A stretch of 43,016 nt of DNA from Utricularia gibba (lineage: Eukaryota > Plantae > Magnoliophyta). The DNA lies in NCBI GenBank assembly GCA_002189035.1, contig NEEC01000054.1, positions 1-43,016 of the forward strand, read 5' to 3'. The notes beneath the pieces were generated by a model, which saw nothing but the letters and a program-made list of their open reading frames with translations, was not told the DNA's origin and did no database searches. Made by a program: the position numbers and the translations under genes. Below, piece by piece: positions 35,501 to 43,016 of the stretch. Within the stretch, counting starts at the first letter, position 1, and the number at the start of each line of letters is the position of its first letter.

Positions 35501-38500
35501 AAAGTACAACTGAGGATCAAATGGTAATAATTAAGTCAAAGAAGCTTTCACAGTTATCCTACGGTTTAATAAATAATGTATTTCAATTATTTATAATTTA
35601 ATAAACCTATATCATATGATTATGATTAGAGATGGGCCTGCGTTGGATCCATTCAGGTTCGGACCCAACCCGATGAAATTCTGGGTATTACAGTTTGCAT
35701 GACCCATGGGGTTGTCTTTCTGTTCAACCCGAACGGGTTAAACCCTACGGGTTTTGATTGGGCCCGAACCGAACCAAGGGTTTATCAATTTTATTTTTTA
35801 TTTTTGGCTTATTGTATTTTATGGTTGTTTTTCTTTTTTTCCACAGCCGTATGGCCTTGTGGCTGCTGCTCGAGCACGCGGGCATTAACCAAGCCCATGT
35901 GGCCTCGTGGTGCTGCTGCGTATGCACACGGGCTGGGGGTCGCGCCGGGCATGAGCCCAAAGTCAGTTTTAGCCCGGCGAAAAAAGGGATGCATTTCTTA
36001 GCGTTGGGTTATCACGAGCCGCCTAATTTTTTTTCATGGAACACCATCTAGTTTTGTGGGGGGCGCTCTCGAGGGGCCCTTGGCTTGGGCCCCGGGTTCG
36101 GTCTGGCTGATGAGCCCAGTCTGGTCCCACTCGGCGAAAATCGTGACACATTTGTTGAAATTAGGATGTCACGTGCACCCAACATGGTTTTTTCAACAAC
36201 ACGCTTTATACTTGTGGAGACGCTCTCGGGGGGCACTCGAATCTTCCCATACGTCGTACCAGGCTCGAGCCCAAAGTCATTGTAGCCCGGCAAAGAAAGT
36301 GATGCATGTATTAACTTTGGGTTGTCACGAGCCGCCTAAATGGTTTTCCATGGAACACCTTCTAGTTTTGGGGGGGAGGGGAGCGGGCGCTGCGCCTCGT
36401 CCGGGCCCCGGGAGCCCGGTCCCGTCCGACTCGACGAAAATCGTGATGCATTTGTTGAAGTTAGGATGTCACGAGAACCGCACACGGTTTTTTTCAACAA
36501 CACACTTTATACTTAAGGAGGAGCTCTCGGGGGGCACCCTGATCGGGACGGAGGTCGTGCTGAACTCGGGCCCAAAGTCAGCAGTAGCGCGCCAAAAAAA
36601 GTGATGCATTTATTAACGTTGGGTTGTGACGAGACGCGTATATGGTTTTTGAAGGAACACCTCCTCGTATTGAGGCGGGCGCTCTCGAGGGGCCCTTGGC
36701 TCGGGCCCCGGGTTCGGACGGGCTCATGGGCCCACTCGACGAAAATCATGATGCATTTGTTGAAATTGGGATGTCACGTGCACCCCACATTTGTTGAGCG
36801 AGGACGGACAATTTTAGAGACTCGATGAGCCATTCTTCGATCAGCGTCCTACTATCTAGTTCAAACTCAAAGTCACATTATTCTTGCACAATTTCGTATG
36901 AATGAATATGGGATATGATCCGTTGGAAGCCCAAGTGTTAGAGAATTTTACTGAATCTGCTGAGCAAGGGGTTGTGAGTTCATAACAGCTGTTGAAACCT
37001 CTCCAGGGTGGTGTACGTGGCGTGATGACCTTTCTACAATGACAAAAAAAATATTTTTATAATCATGTGATATACGTTTATTAAAATATAAATAATGTAA
37101 ATACGTTAGTTATTAAAGCATATACTACATGTGAAAGTTTCTTAGTTTTTAATTTTATTAGCATTCGACCCTTAGTTATACTTTGGATGGAGTGTGCATT
37201 TTTATTTTAATCATTTTAATTAGCATTCGATCCTTAGTTATGATTCCAATCGAGTGTATATTTTTTATTTGAACGATTCTATTTGCATTCGATTCTAAGA
37301 TATGATGCGGATCGAGCGTATATTTTTTTTTTTAATATTTTTATTAGCTTTCGGTCTTTAGATATGATTCGGATCGAGTGGATATGGTTTACCTGAAACT
37401 TGTGTTAACGCTCGATCCTTAGGAGCAATGTGGAGCGTGTTTACATTGCAAGGGCACACGGGCGTGGGTTGTGCGTAAACCACGCCCGTGTGGCCTTGGG
37501 GTGCTGCAGCGTATGCACACGGGCGTGGGTTGTGCGTAAACCACGCCCGTGTGGCCTTGTGGTGCTGCAGCGTGTGGACACGGGCGTGGTTTACGCGTAA
37601 ACCACGTCTGTGTGGCATGGCATTGTAATGTATACACGTTCTAAATTGCTCCTAACGGTCGAACGCTAATTAAGATTTAAAATAAATGAATATGCACTCA
37701 ATCCAAAGTATACCTAAGGATCTAAGGCTAATAAAAATATGAAAGTGAAAAATATACGCTCGATCCGCAGCATACCTAACGTTCGAATGCTAATAAAAAA
37801 TATTAAAATAAAAAATACGCGCTCGACCCGCATTATACTTAAGGATCGAATGATAATAAAAATATTTAAAGTAAAAAAATAGCAAATATGATCTGAATCA
37901 TAACCAAGGATCGAATGCTAATTAAAATGACTAAAGTAAAAATACACACTCCATCCAAAGTACAACTGAGGATCAAATGGTAATAATTAAGTCAAAGAAG
38001 CTTTCATAGTTATCCTACGGTTTAATAACTAATGTATTTCAATTATTTATAATTTAATAAACCTATATCATATGATTATGATTAGAGATGGGCCTGGGTT
38101 GGATCCATTCAGGTTCGGACCCAACCCGATGAAATTCTAGGTATTACAGTTTATATGACCTATGGGGTTGTCTTTCTGTTCAACCCGAACGGGTTAAACC
38201 CTACGGGTTTTGATTGGGCCTCAACCGAAATAAGGGTTTATCAATTTTATTTTTTATTTTTGGCTTATTGTATTTTATGATTGTTTGCTTTGTTCCACGG
38301 CCGTATGGCCTTGTGGCTGCTGCTCGAGCACGCGGGCATAAACGAAGCCCATGTGGCCTCGTGCTGCTGCTGCGTATGCACACGGGCTGGGGTCGCGCCG
38401 GGCATGAGCCCAAAGTCATTTTTAGCCCGGCGAAAAAAAGGATGCATTTCTCAGCGTTGGGTTATCATGAGCCGCCTAATTTTTTTTCATGGAACACCAT

Positions 38501-38856
38501 CTAGTTTTGTGGGGCGGGGGGGGGGGGGGCGCTCTCGAGGGGCCCTTGGCTTGGGCCCCGGGTTCGGTCTGGCTGATGAGCTCAGTCTGGTCCCACTCGG
38601 CGAAAATCGTGACACATTTGTTGAAATTAGGATGTCATGTGCACCCAACACGGTTTTTTCAACAACACGCTTTATACTTGTGGAGACGCTCTCGGGGGGC
38701 ACTCGAATCTGCCCAGAAGTCGTACCAGGCTCGAGCCCAAAGTCATTGTAGCCCGGCAAAGAAAGTGATGCATGTATTAACGTTGGGTTGTGACGAGACG
38801 CGTATATGGTTTTTGAAGGAACACCTCCTCGTATTGAGGCGGGCGCTCTCGAGGGG
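32502..38856 (-). repeat. Satellite block R1, reverse orientation (~2.7 monomers)
   Basis: Starts TTCGGTCTTTAGATATGAT (reverse complement of monomer position ~1645-1663). Period 2453-2456 (33246 to 35699; 34902 to 37358). Confidence 0.97.
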
Positions 38857-38880
38857 ACCGGGCCCGGGCCCCTCGAGAGC
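38845..38880. repeat. 36-bp near-perfect palindrome at the reverse-to-forward strand switch
   Basis: GCTCTCGAGGGG-A-CCGGGCCCGG-G-CCCCTCGAGAGC is self-complementary except for one A/G pair. Confidence 0.95.
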
Positions 38881-41800
38881 TAAAAATAAAAAATAAAATT
38901 GATAAACCCATGTTTCGGTTCGGGCCCAATCAAAACCCGTAGGGTTTAACCCGTTCGGGTTGAACAGAAAGACAACCCCATAGGTCATGCAAACTGTAAT
39001 ACCCAGAATTTCATCGGGTTGGGTCCGAACCTGAATGGATCCTACCCAGGCCCATCTCTAATCATAATCATATGATATAGGTTTATTAAACTATAAATAA
39101 TTGAAATACATTATTTATTAAACCATAGGATAACTATGAAAGCTTCTTTGACTTAATTATTACCATTTGATGCTCAGTTGTACTTTGGATGGAGTGTGTA
39201 TTTTTACTTTAGTCATTTTAATTAGCATTCGATCCTTGGTTGTGATTCAGATCATATTTACTATTTTTTTACTTTAAATATTTTTATTATCATTCGATCC
39301 TTAAGTATAATGCGGGTCGAGCGCGTATTTTTTATTTTAATATTTTTTATTAGCATTCGAACGTTAGGTATGCTGCGGATCGAGCGTATATTTTTCACTC
39401 TCATATTTTTATTAGCCTTAGATCCTTAGGTATACTTTGGATCGAGTGCATATTCATTTATTTTAAATCTTAATTAGCGTTCCACCGTTAGGAGCAATTT
39501 AGAACGTGTATACATTACAATGCCATGCCACACGGGCGTGGTTTACGCACAACCCACACCCGTGTGCCCTTGCAATGTAAACACGCTCCACATTGCTCCT
39601 AAGGATCGAGCGTTAACACAAGTTTCAAGTAAACCATCTCCACTCGATCCGAATCATGTCTAAAGACCGAAAGCCAATAAAAATATTAAAATAAAAAATA
39701 TACGCTCGATCCGCATCATATCTTAGAATCGAATGCAAATAGAATCGTTCAAATAAAAAATATACACTCGATTGGAATCTTAACCAAGGATCGAATGCTA
39801 ATTACAATGATTAAAATAAAAATGCACACTCCATCCAAAGTATAACTAAGGGTCGAATGCTAATAAAATTAAAAACTAAGAAACTTTCACATGTAGTATA
39901 TGCTTTAATAACTAACGTATTTACATTATTTATATTTTAATAAACGTATATCACATGATTATAAAAATATTTTTTTTGTCATTGTAGAAAGGTCATCACG
40001 CCACGTACACCACCCTGGAGAGGTTTCAACAGCAGTCATGAACTCACAACCCCTTGCTCAGCAGATTCAGTAAAATTCTCTAACACTTGGGCTTCCAACG
40101 GATCATATCCCATATTCATTCATACGAAATTGTGCAAGAATAATGTGACTTTGAGTTTGAACTAGATAGTAGGACGCTGATCGAAGAATGGCTCATCGAG
40201 TCTCTAAAATTGTCCGTCCTCGCTCAACAAATGTGGGGTGCACGTGACATCCCAATTTCAACAAATGCATCATGATTTTCGTCGAGTGGGCCCATGAGCC
40301 CGTCCGAACCCGGGGCCCGAGCCAAGGGCCCCTCGAGAGCGCCCGCCTCAATACGAGGAGGTGTTCCTTCAAAAACCATATACGCGTCTCGTCACAACCC
40401 AACGTTAATAAATGCATCACTTTTTTTGGCGCGCTACTGCTGACTTTGGGCCCGAGTTCAGCACGACCTCCGTCCCGATCAGGGTGCCCCCCGAGAGCTC
40501 CTCCTTAAGTATAAAGTGTGTTGTTGAAAAAAACCGTGTGCGGTTCTCGTGACATCCTAACTTCAACAAATGCATCACGATTTTCGTCGAGTCGGACGGG
40601 ACCGGGCTCCCGGGGCCCGGACGAGGCGCAGCGCCCGCTCCCCTCCCCCCCAAAACTAGAAGGTGTTCCATGGAAAACCATTTAGGCGGCTCGTGACAAC
40701 CCAAAGTTAATACATGCATCACTTTCTTTGCCGGGCTACAATGACTTTGGGCTCGAGCCTGGTACGACGTATGGGAAGATTCGAGTGCCCCCGAGAGCGT
40801 CTCCACAAGTATAAAGCGTGTTGTTGAAAAAACCATGTTGGGTGCACGTGACATCCTAATTTCAACAAATGTGTCACGATTTTCGCCGAGTGGGACCAGA
40901 CTGGGCTCATCAGCCAGACCGAACCCGGGGCCCAAGCCAAGGGCCCCTCGAGAGCGCCCCCCCACAAAACTAGATGGTGTTCCATGAAAAAAAATTAGGC
41001 GGCTCGTGATAACCCAACGCTAAGAAATGCATCCCTTTTTTCGCCGGGCTAAAACTGACTTTGGGCTCATGCCCGGCGCGACCCCCAGCCCGTGTGCATA
41101 CGCAGCAGCACCACGAGGCCACATGGGCTTGGTTAATGCCCGCGTGCTCGAGCAGCAGCCACAAGGCCATACGGCTGTGGAAAAAAAGAAAAACAACCAT
41201 AAAATACAATAAGCCAAAAATAAAAAATAAAATTGATAAACCCTTGGTTCGGTTCGGGCCCAATCAAAACCCGTAGGGTTTAACCCGTTCGGGTTGAACA
41301 GAAAGACAACCCCATGGGTCATGCAAACTGTAATACCCAGAATTTCATCGGGTTGGGTCCGAACCTGAATGGATCCAACGCAGGCCCATCTCTAATCATA
41401 ATCATATGATATAGGTTTATTAAATTATAAATAATTGAAATACATTATTTATTAAACCGTAGGATAACTGTGAAAGCTTCTTTGACTTAATTATTACCAT
41501 TTGATCCTCAGTTGTACTTTGGATGGAGTGTGTATTTTTACTTTAGTCATTTTAATTAGCATTCGATCCTTGGTTATGATTCAGATCATATTTGCTATTT
41601 TTTTACTTTAAATATTTTTATTATCATTCGATCCTTAAGTATAATGCGGGTCGAGCGCGTATTTTTTATTTTAATATTTTTTATTAGCATTTGAATGTTA
41701 GGTATGCTGCGGATCGAGCGTATATTTTTCACTTTCATATTTTTATTAGCCTTAGATCCTTAGGTATACTTTGGATTGAGTGCATATTCATTTATTTTAA

Positions 41801-42963
41801 ATCTTAATTAGCGTTCGACCGTTAGGAGCAATTCAGAACGTGTATACATTACAATGCCATGCCGCACGGACGTGGTCTACGCGTAAACCACGCCCGTGTC
41901 CACACGCTGTAGCACCACAAGGCCACACGGGCGTGGTTTACGCACAACCCACCCCCGTGTGCATACGCTGCAGCACCCAAGGCCACACGGGCGTGGTTTA
42001 CGCACAACCACGCCCGTGTGCCCTTGCAATGTAAACACGCTCCACATTGCTCCTAAGGATCGAGCGTTAACACAAGTTTCAGGTAAACCCTATCCACTCG
42101 ATCCGAATCATAACTAAAGACCGAAAGTTAATAAAAATATTAAAATAAAAAATATACGCTCGATCTGCATCATATCTTAGAATCGAATGCAATTAGAATC
42201 ATTCAAATAAAAAATATACACTCGATTGGAATCATAACCAAAGATCGAATGCTAATTAAAATGATTAAAATAAAAATGCACACTCCATCCAAAGTATAAC
42301 TAAGGGTCGAATGCTAATAAAATTAAAAACTAAGAAACTTTCACATGTAGTATATGATTTAATAACTAACGTATTTACATTATTTATATTTTAATAAACA
42401 TATATCACATGATTATAAAAATATTTTTTTTGTCATTTTAGAAAGCTCATCACGCCACGTACACCATCCTCGAGAGGTTTCAACAGCTGTTATGAACTCA
42501 CAACCCCTTGCTCAGCAGATTCTTTAACACTTGGGCTTCCAACGGATCATATCCCATATTCATTCATACGAAATTGTGCAAGAATAATGTGACTTTGAGT
42601 TTGAACTAGATAGTAGGACGCTGATCGAAGAATGGCCCATCGAGTCGCTAAAATTGCCCGTCCTCGCTCAACAAATGTGGGGTGCATGTGACATCCCAAT
42701 TTCAACAAATGCATCATGATTTTCGTCGAGTGCACCCATGAGCCCGTCCGAACCCGGGGCCCGGGCCAAGGGCCCCTCGAGAGCGCCCGCCTCAATACGA
42801 GGAGGTGTTCCTTCAAAAACCATATACGCATCTCATCACAACCCAACGTTAATAAATGCATCACTTTTTTTGGCGCGCTGCTGCTGACTTTGGGCCCGAG
42901 TTCGGCACGACCTTCGGCCCTATCAGGGTGCCCCCCCCCCCCGAGAGCTCCTCCTTAAATATA
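38881..42963 (+). repeat. Satellite block F2, forward orientation (~1.7 monomers), ending at the telomere
   Basis: GTGTATACATTACAATG at ~39507 and ~41840. The terminal monomer is more diverged and is cut inside a 300-bp sub-repeat. Confidence 0.97.
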
Positions 42964-43016
42964 GGGTTTAGGGTTTCGGTTTAGGGTTTAGGGTTTAGGG
43001 TTTAGGGTTTAGGGTT
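42960..43016 (+). repeat. Arabidopsis-type telomere repeat (TTTAGGG)n
   Basis: TATAGGG, TTTAGGG, TTTCGG, then (TTTAGGG)x5 + TT to the window end. The G-rich strand points toward the end, as expected at a right chromosome terminus. Only 57 bp are visible. Confidence 0.93.

Noticed and set aside
38511-38529. G4-C-G14 run (and C12 at 42931-42942) as G-quadruplex or expansion sites
   Set aside because: Homopolymer lengths vary between monomers and are unreliable in this assembly.
1-43016. Tandem Helitron interpretation of the monomer, and species assignment
   Set aside because: No convincing 5' TC plus 3' hairpin-CTRR pair or Rep/helicase remnant was found. The sequence supports only a land plant with TTTAGGG telomeres.

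Overview
Plant chromosome end (right arm; TTTAGGG repeats at 42960-43016). About 85% of the window is a ~2.45-kb subtelomeric macrosatellite (~15 monomer equivalents) in four blocks: forward 1-25392, reverse 27070-28557, reverse 32502-38856 and forward 38881-42963. Each monomer is a composite of a decayed PIF/Harbinger transposase C-terminal relic, a ~300-bp sub-repeat (~2.8 copies), a telo-box/site II hairpin cluster and a ~830-bp degenerate palindrome whose centre is a 61-bp hairpin VNTR. The array switches strand twice. The first switch is a fold-back-like inverted duplication (192-bp IR at 190/192 identity plus shared satellite variants) around a truncated Ty3/gypsy chromovirus 3' end (integrase tail, chromodomain, PPT, 900-bp LTR). 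The second is a 36-bp near-perfect palindrome at 38845-38880. An 8-exon NOP56 gene (28886-31447) sits in a ~3.9-kb island inside the satellite, ~11.5 kb from the telomere, with an apparent -1 frameshift in a G6 run in its last exon. The telomere appears to have been added de novo inside a sub-repeat. All alignments and translations were done by eye; no database searches were run and the species is not identified.
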